A stretch of DNA of 64,000 nt from Antedon mediterranea. Lineage: Eukaryota > Animalia > Echinodermata. Below the pieces are notes generated by a model. It saw nothing but the letters and a program-made list of their open reading frames with translations. It had not been told where the DNA came from and made no database searches. The position numbers were made by a program, and so were the translations under genes. The DNA lies in the NCBI RefSeq assembly GCF_964355755.1, contig NC_092677.1:5974101-6038100 (forward strand), in the 5' to 3' direction. This document shows, piece by piece, positions 1 to 13,500 of the stretch (positions are counted from its first letter, which is position 1; each line of letters begins with the position of its first letter).

Positions 1-1540
1 TTAAAGTTGTTTCATTGCAGGACCATATTGAAAAACAGAAATGTTGTGATCTTTTCTTTTCTGAATTATATTATCCTGCCTAAATATGTTTTAATAAATA
101 ATAAATAAATAAATAAAGCATTTTAATATGTTCTACATTTAGGGTCTACGGTTTGATTATAGGTTCAATTGAGAAGCGGACATTTGTCTGTCACAACAAA
201 AGTTTAGTATCATGATGTATACGATGTGCTTCTAATGGAAAACAGGCAAATTCGAGACATTTTTCGACGACTCTTGCTTGTTTATCTGAAGATGGACGGG
301 AACCCCAAAAACCTGCTCTTATACTCAAATTTAATGCCGTCTCCTGTTAAACCATTTTACTTTTAATAATAAATAAAAGTTTAAAATAAATTCTATAATA
401 ATAGAAAACAAAATGATAAGTTTAATGTTCTTGTTGACCAAAACGCCGATACATAGGCCTATTTTATTTCATTTTTTAATGAACTGCACTTTACTGCAAA
501 CTTTACAATCATTTCAGCTACTTAAATTAGATCACATCGTTTAAATTCTCTGTTTATTCCTTATGATAAACTATATATCTAAAAAATCCACACAATCTTT
601 TCTGATACAAAAATATTATATGACGAGTTTGCAAGTTAGTTTCTTACTGTTTATACTACTGGCCGGCTGTTAAAGTATGATATATTAACATCAATCTAGG
701 TTTTCATGTAACTTAAATCATGTATTTTATGTTGTGGCAAAGAGAGTTAGAATAGAATCATGTTACGTATTAAATTCTAATTTGTAGGGTACCTGAGTGA
801 ACTGAAATCCATATACGTAAATTATTCTTCTGTAACATGAGGCACCACCTAATATAGGCCTTTTTCTTCTTTGTTTTGTAGGTTGAGAATTATTATGTAC
901 TTAACTTTCGCATTGATGATCGACACAAGAAAGACAGACCTACGCAGTTGCTTTTAATATAATGTTTATAATTATTAAGCCCGTGAATGTGTCTATTTCT
1001 CCTTGCAACAAAGAAAGTGGAATTTCTTTTCTTTATTCGTTTTACGTAGCTTGTTTCTGTCCATTATAAACATCAATACAATACATTACAGTTAAATAAT
1101 CATACTATGCAGACCTACTAAAAGATGCTAACTTTGGATTATTCAATGTGGAATGTAGGCCTATACATATGTGTGCAACTCGGCATAAATACTTAGAACG
1201 TTAGCGCAAGTTTATTAGGCCTATCTTTACTTGAGACGGTGTGTGTTGTTTTCTTCAAGATCTTATATTTTGAAAGAAAAGTTCGCATAAAATGATTATT
1301 TCGAGAATGTATAATATCTGCCAATTTTGTTTTCTTATGTTTTTCTTCAAACTGACTTACGTAATAGATGGCGCTGTTCATATTTAGGCCTACAACGATT
1401 GCCTATCTCTTGCTCTTTTTTCACGCTGCTGCTTTAGCCCGCTACGTCCCAGGAGGATGACTCATTAAGAAACCGAAAGTAAAGCAGCAGTTATATATCT
1501 AAGGTTGACAGTTTTGCTAAAATGTATACTCGACTGTAAT

Positions 1541-4500
1541 TTATATGTACCACCAAAAAACGTCTGGGAAAGAGTATAACGGTTGAATGACAAATCCCAA
1601 AGCATTTGTGGTATTTATGAGTCCCATGATATTATATAATTCGCTGTCATATGATACTTCACACTTGAATGAAGTATCTAGGCATGATGAAGTGACCCCC
1701 AGACTTGACCTTAGCAATAAACTAAAGTGACTGATATGAAACACAGACTCTGTAACAAAAAAATAATATTTTTTCACATATAAAAAAAGAAAAGAAACGT
1801 TTAATTATAACTCAAAAACCATTGTCTGACAGACAATTTAAGTATTTTTTGCATTAAATTACATTTTTTCAGGTAAAATAACTATTATGTGACAATAAAA
1901 TGATACATTCACACACAAATTTGAAATAAAAAATATTTTTCAGGGGAACAATAGGCCTATATCTTTAAAACTGTTACGTCAATAAGCGAGTTGCGTTTTT
2001 TGTAAGAAATATTTCTTGTTTACTACTGTATTAAAACATTTTATGTATATGAATGTAAATGTGGTTACTTCTTAACATCAAAATAATCTTAGTCTTATTT
2101 ATATACTGTTCAAAAGATATGTATTTTTTTAACAATGTACCTTATATATAAGAGAATTATATAAATGTGCATATATACATATATTATTTATATTTATAGA
2201 ACTATAATAAAAGTGGGACGAACCCACACAAGACAAAAAAAAACATTTTATAAACTTTATTTTTGAACACAGTTTGCATAATTGTAATTATTATTGAATT
2301 GAGTTTTACCTAGCTTATTGTGTACACACAGATAAGATTCAGGATCTAGAAAAACTCTTAGGCGTTTCCAAATGAATGTGTCATGACAACCGATCAAGTT
2401 CGCTGCAATATCGCGTGATTTGATTTCTCTAATAAAGCATGCCAGACTAAAATTATTATTACGAACATGTATAATAATATTATTTATATAATAACATTTT
2501 TTTCCCTGTGTTTTTTTTTTAAATGACTTAAGCAATAGATGGCGATGTAGGCCTACTTACCATAATTATTGCAAACTTTTTTAAATTTTGATATTAACTT
2601 TTGCAATTTGTAATCATGAGTTAAAATATTTATAAATAGTAACTTACCTTTCGGCTGCGTCGGTGTTGCTACGCTTGCTTGAAGTACGTAATCCTCTAAA
2701 ACGACAGAGTTCATAATATAACTAAATTCAATAAATTCAATGTATTGAAGTGTTGACATCCCGGTTGACATGTCATGAATCAAGGGTCTAAACGAGGTTG
2801 CAATTGTGTACACCATGGTCATACACGAGGTTCAGTCTTAAGCTTGGTTCCCACTAGGACGTAACGCAAGAACGTAAACGCAACGCAAGCGTTTTGACCA
2901 ATGCTAAGCGACAGTTCGAATAATTCATCGCTCTTGTAATTGGTCAACTCACTTACGTTGCGTTACGTCCTTGTGTTGCGTCTCTAGTGCGAACCAAGCT
3001 TAAGTGTCAGGTGAAAACGAGGTAGGCTTATGCTAAGTTGACGTGTATAGAGCAATTTCAAAAACTTGACCATTCTACTACTAATACCATTTTCACATCT
3101 TGTTTTGTAAGTGTATTATAGAGATACATATAATTATTATTAATGTTACCTAGAGGGGTCTGTATTGTAATGCTTCCCACGTCGCCAGCAATGTCATCTT
3201 CAATATACGGTGTGACGAATATCTTATACCAAGTCTGACGACGAAGCGCTTGTAAACGTAATGCGAAGTGTTTTTTCGACGAAATCACTGGAACTCGAAT
3301 TCGTTGAACTTCAATACCATCGCTAAAACTATTATTGTTCTGTTGGTGGAAAGGAGTAAGTGCCAGTTATAAAGCAGTAGGAGTGAACACAAATGAATAA
3401 TAAAACAATGTGAGGATCTCTTTTGGCGTAGGATGTAGGCCTATCACAAGCAAAAGTGATTTCAAACGTGGTCCACACTGTCGAGAATTATTACATAACG
3501 TATCTGATTTTGCTGTAAACCTGTAGATAAATAGCATCAAACGAAAGAATAAACATTCATGAAAAATGAATGAGAACGGAAATAAGATTCAACTATATGC
3601 TAAAGCACTGCGTTGAATATATATTTATACTGGCGATTATATATTAGTAGGTGATCTAAATATAATCTAACTAAAACTGTGATTACTAATTTGGGGCTGA
3701 TCACGTGTGATACGTCACGACCAGACCATACTATTGTTTGGAATGGCCTTTACAGTCGTGGAGACGCAGCTGTACCAAATTGGAAAGTAAAGGTTATCGA
3801 AAAGGAATCACTGATAGAAAGAAGAAAGATTAAGAAAGCCATGCATACAGAATAAAACACAACATTGGATAATATTATCTTCCGCATGTTTACGATAGTT
3901 TATTAAAGATAATTAAATCAGGAGGTAAAAAAGAGCGGAAACGCTCAATCGTCAACAAAAGGACGACTGGTGGCGCCACACAGCGTCTCTAACTGTACAG
4001 ACAAACAGCATACCAACGGAACGCCATTAAGGTATTTATACCATTTGTGTCTGTATTATTTGGTTCAACAAAAAAAGTAATAATTTTAATTAAATAGTTT
4101 TATATAATACATATTTATTCTTTCTTACATTTTATCTAGCTCTGAGATAATTACGATTCACTTACATTTGTTAAACGTGAGCCTACATTTTTTTTAACTT
4201 GAATAACACGAACTATGAAATACTTGTGCGCAACGTAGTGACCATTAGATTTCCATCTTAAATGGTATTCATTTGCTTTTCTGCTCGTATTTCCACTGAG
4301 AATAGTAGGCATCTTTGGACGACCTTAAAGAGGAAAAAATAGTGTTACTGTACCTTAAAGAGTAGCTCCGGGTCTTAAAAAAATGTTGGGTCATTATGTC
4401 AACATAATAACCCAACTTTTTTATAGCGGTGACAGCATAATGTTCGTAGTGAAAAAATCCTATTTTCAAAAATGTTGATAATCACATTATAGTGGGAATG

Positions 4501-7500
4501 ACGACAACATCGTGACGGTGACTTAATGATTGTTTGTTGCATTGTGATGATAGATAAAATGACGTGATGATGGTTACGACTTTACGAACGTTGACGATAC
4601 TAATAATAATGGTGGATGGATTGTGACGAATGTTTGTGATACTACTGGTAAGGAATTTTGTGATTAAATATTTTGTGAATAATAAACTGTAGTTAAACCA
4701 GGGAAGAGTGAATTAATGATTATGTTGATGCTCACCACTAATAGCATATGTTCTCGATGTTTTACCCTGCGAGTTAGTAATTTCACACGTGTAATCACCA
4801 TAGTCTGTTTTTGACGAAATTGTCACCAGTAAGCTGTAAACACAAATAAAAAATATAAAGCGTAAATATAAAGGCTATTAACAGATGAGGGCGTATCAAT
4901 TGTAACTCAATTGCGCATGCTTACATTGAACACTATAGCGCTGTTCCACCAAACCACGCTTAGGGTGTTTGTTAAAGGGTCGCTATCCAATCGAACACTC
5001 CACGAAAAGCCAACACGTGCTCTAATAGCTATGAAATATCAAGTTAAAGATTCCATGTTCGAATCTCAGTTAGGACGGGTTTTTTCCCATCAGATATGAT
5101 CCAGTAGGCATACATCTCACTGGGGCTTTCTATTACTGTTGTGATGTTAATAATTATATAAGAGGTATTGTCAGTTGGAATCAAACCATATAAACATCTT
5201 AATAAAAGGTGAATTAGTTGACGTTCAAAATAAGCTGTACATGGTTAAAAAGCCTGCCTACCTATCCTCTGTCATCCACATTGAATTTGAATGTATGGGT
5301 ACACCATCCTTGTACCACGTGGTGTTCACAGGGCGTGGGTTTCCAGTGTGCTTGCAGAAGATAGCGAGTTGCTCGCCCACTCCAACACGTCTGTCTTGAT
5401 CAGAGCTGGACGTAATCTCTGGTTTATCTGGTGTATTGAAATAGTAAAAATGTTATACAGTATAGTATTTATAGTTGAACATGTTATATACGTATAGCAC
5501 AATGTCAGTAACTTACGCAATACTGATATATTCACTGTTCGGTTAACCACACCAGCCTCGTTCCATGCTTTACATGTGTAGACTCCGTCATACTTTCGTG
5601 TCAAATTGGGAAATACGAGCATCGATGCGTTCATGAATTTCACCTTATCATCCTTGTTGGATGTTCTCCTCCACAAGACGTCTGGAAGTGGAGAACCATT
5701 AGTCTCACAGCTCAGAGTAAGAAAAACAGATTCTTTAAACTCCAATAGACAACCTTTACCAATCGAAATGTTGTTTACTCTGATGTCTGTAATTTTTGGA
5801 GCAACTATTAAAAACAAGATGTAAATAGTATCTATAACAAATGTATGTTATTAACCGTACAATATAAACGCTACACGTTCATCAATGTTAGTCACGTGAA
5901 AAATAATGAAAACTAATCAATTGAGGTATATTTAAAGAATACATCAAAAGCTATCATGAATAAACAGTTGCAACCTACACCGTATTTTTATTCCGTGTTT
6001 TAATGCCTAGCATTAGTTGGCTATTGTTAGGCGCAAAAGTATGAAAAAATCCAAGGATTCAAAATCAAATATCAAATAAAGCTATCTTTACTATTATAGC
6101 TACGCTTTCAAACTAGTTTGACAAAAAATGTGTGATGTGCCCAATTGTTTGATATTTTTTTTTTTTTTATTTATTCGGTATATAAAAATATATTACAAAA
6201 CGACAGTCAAGGACTGAAATGAAATGTATTACAAATGACTAAAAATTAGTTAAAATTGCTATAAAAATAGAAACATCTTAATAAAATTAGATATCGTACC
6301 ATACAATTAAAAACATACATGAATAAAAAACCTTAAAACCTTCACTTATTACATATCTAAAAAAGAGCTAGTGGTGCCTATTAATTATATCCACCATGGT
6401 GGGAACTGGAGACGACCTAAGTCTGCTGGTTTTACAATGGCGTCATCGTGTCCATATATTAAATCACATTTTTTGTCACATAAAGTTTGATAATGTAGAC
6501 AGAGGATATAAAACTTAGGTTAAGAAAAAAATCATAACTGTGGCGTATCATTTGTTACCTATTGTCTGTATTTCATATTGAAAACGCTGTACGTATTGGC
6601 CTTCAGCTTGCGTTGCTTCGCACACGTATGTCCCCGAATAGTCTGTTGTCATCTGCTTAATCGTAAGCATTGATATGTTTTTAAAACCATTTTCCTTAAT
6701 TTCAAATTGATTGTTTCTTGTTGTCGAATCGATTTCTGCATAAGCAATAAACAATTATTTATTACACTAAAGGCAAGTCATGTAATGCACCAAGATATAC
6801 TGTAAGGATGTGTTTAATAAATTGTCAACATACTCGTGGTAGGCCTACACATCGTTTTCAGTTTTAATATTATTTCAACTAGTCCTTCCATTGGAAATGC
6901 GAGAGTTCTGATCCTGCTAAAGGCACATTGTCATTTTTATAACAATTTGTGATAACTACTTGATATAAAGATAGCTTGTCGCCCTCTATGTGTCTTGAAG
7001 ACATATCGCCGCTCAATATTCTATTAAAATGTTGAAATACATTTGCTTATTGAATATCTAAAAACATATTTACATTTACTCTTTTTACAATTATTGTTTC
7101 CGATTAATGGATTAAATTATAATATAATACAGTATTAAATTATAATATAATACAGCTAAAAATGGTTAAAAGCATTTTTTAAGAAACAAACATAATTATA
7201 TTGAAAGCAAAGAAAAATTGATTTTGAATATTGTTTTTATTTGTTAAAATGTTTTAAGAAATAATAAACCCAATTATAAAAACGTTAAAACAGCCACAAT
7301 GGCCAAGTAAGTTGCGCATGCACACTCGGATGGTAGCGTCAACAATACGAGTATAATGTACACATAGGTCATACCTTGAATTTTATCAGAAGGTTTGGTT
7401 CGAGACCATTCAAATGTGCTTTTCGAGTTAACAATACACTCGATTGTTACGGAGTACCCTTCTTTAATACTCTTAAACAGCGGATCCCCTTCCGATGTTA

Positions 7501-10500
7501 TAACTGGATCTGAAAAAAAAAACACAATACTATTATTTACGGTATTATAAATAACGTACATATGAGTGCTGTTAGCAGATCTCATAACGCAATGTAGTTT
7601 TATTGACGCGCTGGACCCTCAAAGAGACACAAACCGAATGTAAATGAGAACGCTTCTCATTTTATAACAAAGTACTTCCCAAAATCGTCGCCTGCCATTA
7701 TGGTTTACCCGCAGGAAGCGGCAAACACCGTAACTTAGCCTAGGTCGTCCTTAGGCCAATGTTTTGAGAATAAACAACGAACCTGACAAGCGATAAATCG
7801 GGACGGGAGGTAAAATTGATATGCAAAATATAAATAGCTGCTTCGCAGCAATAATGAATTAATATTGACACAATACATAGATTGGTTAACCTTGGCGAGG
7901 TATTAATATTCTTATAATGAATATGGATTAAGTTACGTCATCTATGTTAAAATTAAGAATGAGATAATAAATGATGATTAATTATCTTAAATTAAAACAT
8001 TAAAATAGACACGCGGGCACTATAATAATATTATCGTAGTCCATTGATTTGCCCACGATAGCTCTTTTTACTTGGAAAATAGATTGCTTGCCAACTACAT
8101 TACTTGCTTTGTTTGTTATTTTGTTTGTTAGCTCTATAGCGCCTACAATTTTGAAGTTATCATAAATTTTCGATGTAAATATAGGTATATATACTGCATA
8201 AGCCTATTGAAATTCAAGAAAATCAGTTCATTATTAAACATTTAACATGGGTCAAAATATCAACATGCGCCCTCTGTGGCTTTATTATTTTGACTAGTAC
8301 TTTTCTCAGTTTCTACGTGATTTCATCAGCCTATCAAGGCACCCATAAAATGCAATCACCCCTTTTTCAGCCTATCCAGATATTTATTGCATGTGACTAA
8401 CAGTCGACGCCCTTGTTTATGATTGCTCTTTTTTTCAACCCATTCCCTGGCAGTCGACAGTCATTTTGCCTGTGGTCACTCTCTTCAGACCATCCAAACA
8501 CCCATTGCAAGCGATCGCCCTTCTTAGCCCATCCAGGCATTCACTGCATAGGTCACTGATCGCTCTTTTAACCTCTGGCAGTAAGGCCTAAATGACTTGT
8601 AAACTTCATTCAGGTTTGTTTCTTGCAGGGTGTTTCTTTCATAAATAATTCAGAACCATCTAGTTTATTTTCAAGGCGCCTGGTAAGTGTCCAAGTAATG
8701 CACACCCATGATGTGCACATCATAACTTGCAACGATTTAGTATGCATTCGTTTTAATGTAAATTAAAAGAGGAACCAGTAAGGTATGCTGGGTTTAGGCT
8801 ATTGGTAAATAGTGTGTTTTAGATAATTATTTTTCACAACTATAACTCTAGTGTCTAGATAGTCACGAGTGGGTTCCAAACATGGGCAGTCGTTTGTTTT
8901 CGCGCCGCAACCAACGACTAGTGCAGCTACGCGGAATTTTAAAAGTCATCCTGCACGCAACATCTGAGCATGCGCAGTCGTGAAAATGAAAAGTCGATGT
9001 TTGGCATCTTTAAAGATGTATTGTCCCTCAAAATAATGAAAAATAAAGATTTTTAAAATCGGACTTTGAATAGGCCATTTTGCAGTTTTAATGAAGTTGT
9101 TCACTTCCATAAGGAAAAAAACGGGGTAAAAAAATTATTTCACCTATAAAAAGACAAAATATACAGTTAAATTACCCAAAAACTCATTGTCTTCCAGACA
9201 ATTTGACAATTTTTTGCTTTAAATTACATTTTTCTCAGGTAAATAAATTTTTTTCAGACCAAAGTTTTTGTGAGAGTGAATAACTATTATGTGACATTAA
9301 AATAACATATTCAACAAAAAAATGTAAAAAAAAATTTTTTTAGGGGGACAATATATCTTTAAATATTACATAATCTATATACTAGTTTAATGATAATAAT
9401 ATTGTAAACATAAATTTTAAAAATCGAGTAATAAAATTCATTACAATTCATTATAATTAGGCCAAATGAAATAGAATAAAAGTAACACAATTACTGTGCT
9501 ATTTAGTTCCTGCCTCAAATTCAAACATTTATTTCATCAAATGCCATACAAATAATATTATTATTATTTTGCGAGCGCATTGTAAACATCAACATGATTC
9601 CAGTTCCTGCTCTCTTTTCCAATTATAAAATGCATATATACAATATGCTATTAATCTATTATTCATTCGTTTATATTAATAATAAAATAGATGTTCACTT
9701 AAGCCAATGATATGTTTTAATTTAAAGAGTCAAGTGGATCTTTAATTTATAATCTTGAATATGTCTGTCTCCAAGCCTTATAAAAACAGTAGTTTAGTAA
9801 GTATTAATTTTTTAGCAAGTTTTTTTTTTAATTAGATAATAACAGCATTACCTTGAATTTTATAAACAGAATGAGATAAACAACATGATTATCTTCTTTT
9901 ATCTTTACAATAATGCGTTGACGTATCTTTTCGCAGAACCGTTGGAAATTGAGAGGGGTGCTGGTGGTTGGATCAGAAAAAAAAAAGAATAATGTATTGC
10001 TGCCAGGGAAGAGTTTGATTGTAATTTCTCACTTCTCTTGCTAGGACTCTGTATGATGTCTTCTCTATATCTACATGTTGAACGGGTTCTTGTTTACCAT
10101 TCGCTTGATATTCACCATATGCCCTATCTTACTGGTGAATAACTTGTCCATCTTTATTTTGCTGTTATTAATTTTTCATAATGTTTTCCATACTTTATTT
10201 ATGATTGTGTTGCTGATATAGAGCGTCAGTAACCGAGTATTATGTCGCCTACAATGTAGGCCTACCATCACCTTTGAAAAATACAATTGGTCCTATGTAG
10301 AATAATGGAAAGAGTACATAGTACATCGGACTTAGCAGATATCACACATTTTGTATCATTGATTACTGTACACATACGTGCAATAATCATATTCAATCAT
10401 TCTCATATCATACTTTGAAAGAAAATGCTATACATTTTAGATTAGTGAAATTGATTTCAATCTATTCTAGCCAGAAAAGTTATTAATACAGCATATACTT

Positions 10501-13500
10501 TTTATATTGTATTATTATTATTATTCTGAGCATATTACAGTCATTACTTTTATTCCCAACCAACCTACTCCATAATTGCTAATATATTTATCTAGATCTC
10601 GGGTTTGTAATAAGTTCAATGTATTTGGATGACATCATTAAAGTTATTAGCACATTCTGTAATCTGTAAATATTAGTTGGTGCATATTGGTTTCTTTCAG
10701 CAAATTTAGGGCATAAATGGATTTTAACAAACCCTATGTTTTACTTGCAATGTCATGCAGAAACTGGAGGTGTCATAATGACATGTGTTGCTGCATTTTC
10801 TGGACGCCAATTCGAATGTTATGCTTCTCTTCGTGTTTTCCAACACAAAAAATAAACATATAAAGAACGTCTAGAGGAATGACAGCTCATCGTATTTCAG
10901 ATATGATGTTTAGCCATTGGTTTTATGAGCAACGAGGCACTAGGTTTTTCTTGAAGAAAGCAGTACATTGTTCAAACTCAATGAATCTTCCTTTTCATTT
11001 CAAAACTTCGAAGTATTTATTACAGCGATAATCGTAAAAAATTCATTTAGCAAAAATGAATTAGGCCTTACTATAATTAATATTTATGCAACTTTAGCAA
11101 ATAAAGAGTAGAGGCATCTCTTGTACGTTTGCATGCGTCCGTGGAGAGGACTGATTACTCTGGAAAAAGTCAAGACTAGCAAAAGAGAGCAGCAAAAACT
11201 GAGAGAAAAATTAAGTGAAACTGCTGCTCTGCTACTTATCTAAAAACCTTGAAAGTTCTTTATGTATACATTTGTGTATATCTGGTTTTTTTTAATGAAT
11301 ATCTTATCATTCTTTAGGTTGAATGGTAAGGCTGGTGATAACGTGAATTTTGTGACATTCTTTGTGATGTTGTTGAATAAAGAATAATAATTTACAAAAA
11401 TTAATAACAGTGTTTGTCCTTTACTAAGATATTTTTGTTGCCGAAAAATATAGAATTTGTTTCTATTGAGTAGCTTTCAAGTGCCAGAAATAAAAAAATT
11501 ACCATATCCCTCATCTGTCGGCGCAAGCGCACTAGGCACGGATCTATTCTGTTGACAGATCCGTTTATAGTACGTGCCAGCTTGTGATTCGGCGTTCCAT
11601 ATAGTCACGTGATGATCTCGCAAACATTCCTGTTCATCTTGGCCTATTGTACCGCTGGTGGATCCGATCACAAGCTCCGTCTGTGTATATCGTCCAAGAA
11701 CTCGATGAACTAATGAATAACGTGTGAAATGAAAGAAAAAAAAAGAAACACATAAGTATGTACAGTAGTGAAAAAAGCATAAAGATTATGAATGAAAGAT
11801 GTAGTCCTCCCTTGTGACGGTTTCTACATATATCAGTCAAGAAACCTGTCAACGAGTAAAAGAATAAAAGTTGAAACACACGTGCTTTGAATAGAATGAT
11901 TGAATGCTTTCACCCTTGTGACGTCACGATCTCACAGTAAATAATCAAGACACTAATCAGAAATATATCATATACAATAACATATATATTTTTTTGGATT
12001 TAAACATCTTTGTAGTGATGGACAGATTGACATAAAATGTAATCCTAGGCTGAAAAGGGTATTTGGCTTTATATATGTATAAGTATAAGACGATTTATTA
12101 GAAATCCATCACACACGAACGATAAAAATACAGTAGTTGAAAATAAGATAGGGGTTTCAGAAAAATATAAAGAAAAATTATCATTAAAGTATATATACAA
12201 TCTATCTTCCTGTTAACGCAATTCCAAATTATTAACATTATATAACAACTATTCAAAAAAAGTTAAGTTAAACACATAATAATAGTTTTAATAGGCCTAC
12301 AATATGTCAATAGTAAATCAACATAATTAATAATATACTGTTATATTAATTGTACTAATATTGAAAATAATTATTATCATAAATAATTTGATAAAAGTGT
12401 TGCTTGCTTTTCAGTTACATTGCTCACATATGCAAATGCATGAAGGATTCATATTTTAAGATCTGTGGACTCCAAGTGAAGTCAAAAGAAAAATAATTTC
12501 CAAATTCAAAACGTCAGCCATTCTAATCTAATCTTTCGTGGCCTCATAATAAATTTATGGAACCACCGTACCATGACACTTTTGAAAAATATGTTTAGGG
12601 AACGGATGGGTTTTTCTATTAGCCATACTGAACACGTATGCATTTAAAATGCGCACGTGTCTAGAAAATCATATTGACCTTCGAAAAACTATCTATATTC
12701 GATTAGCGTGTCATAGCAATAACAGTTTATTTTATACGGGGCGCCGTATGACACACGGTCGCTATCTTACAAACAATAATAATTGTAATGACGAATACTG
12801 TACATTATTTCTTCTTTTATATTTCGTAAACATTGTTTTTCGATTGCGATAATATTGAATAGCTGTATTTTTATATCCAGTTTACGCCCCATATCTAGTA
12901 TTATTCAAGAGCTTTATTTTGTTAGTACAGTATTCAGTTTGCGCCCCATATCTAGTATACTTCAACAGCTTTATTTTTTATATCAAGTTGTGCAAAATGA
13001 TTCTGCAATCAACGAGCGTTTGAAAATCAATTTTATGAAGTTGACCGATAAAGAAAAAACCCCAGCTTAGCATGTTTAAAGATGTGAATGTTCGACGATA
13101 CATTCGCGTCGTTTTCAATCTGGATATTTATAATTAAAGTTCATAGCGAACGTGTAGTAAAATGATATACACAGTATATACTTATTACATTAAACAATAC
13201 GTTTTATTTGATTGATAACGAATAGTTAATACTAATATTCATAATTATTTTTGTACGATATGTTATTTTAATGATGTCACACTTCACCGAGCTTTCTTTA
13301 TTTCTTTTTTTTTATCGCATCACACAACGAATAGCTTGCTAATTACAGGATAAACTATTTCATAATTTATCGTGCTTATAATCTTAAGTTTTATTTTAGG
13401 GTTAGGGCGAATGGAGTTATGAAACCGTGATGTTATACTAATACTTTTGAAGAGATGACGGGGTAAATTCTTTCCAAAAGACTCCCTCTGAAAATGTAAT

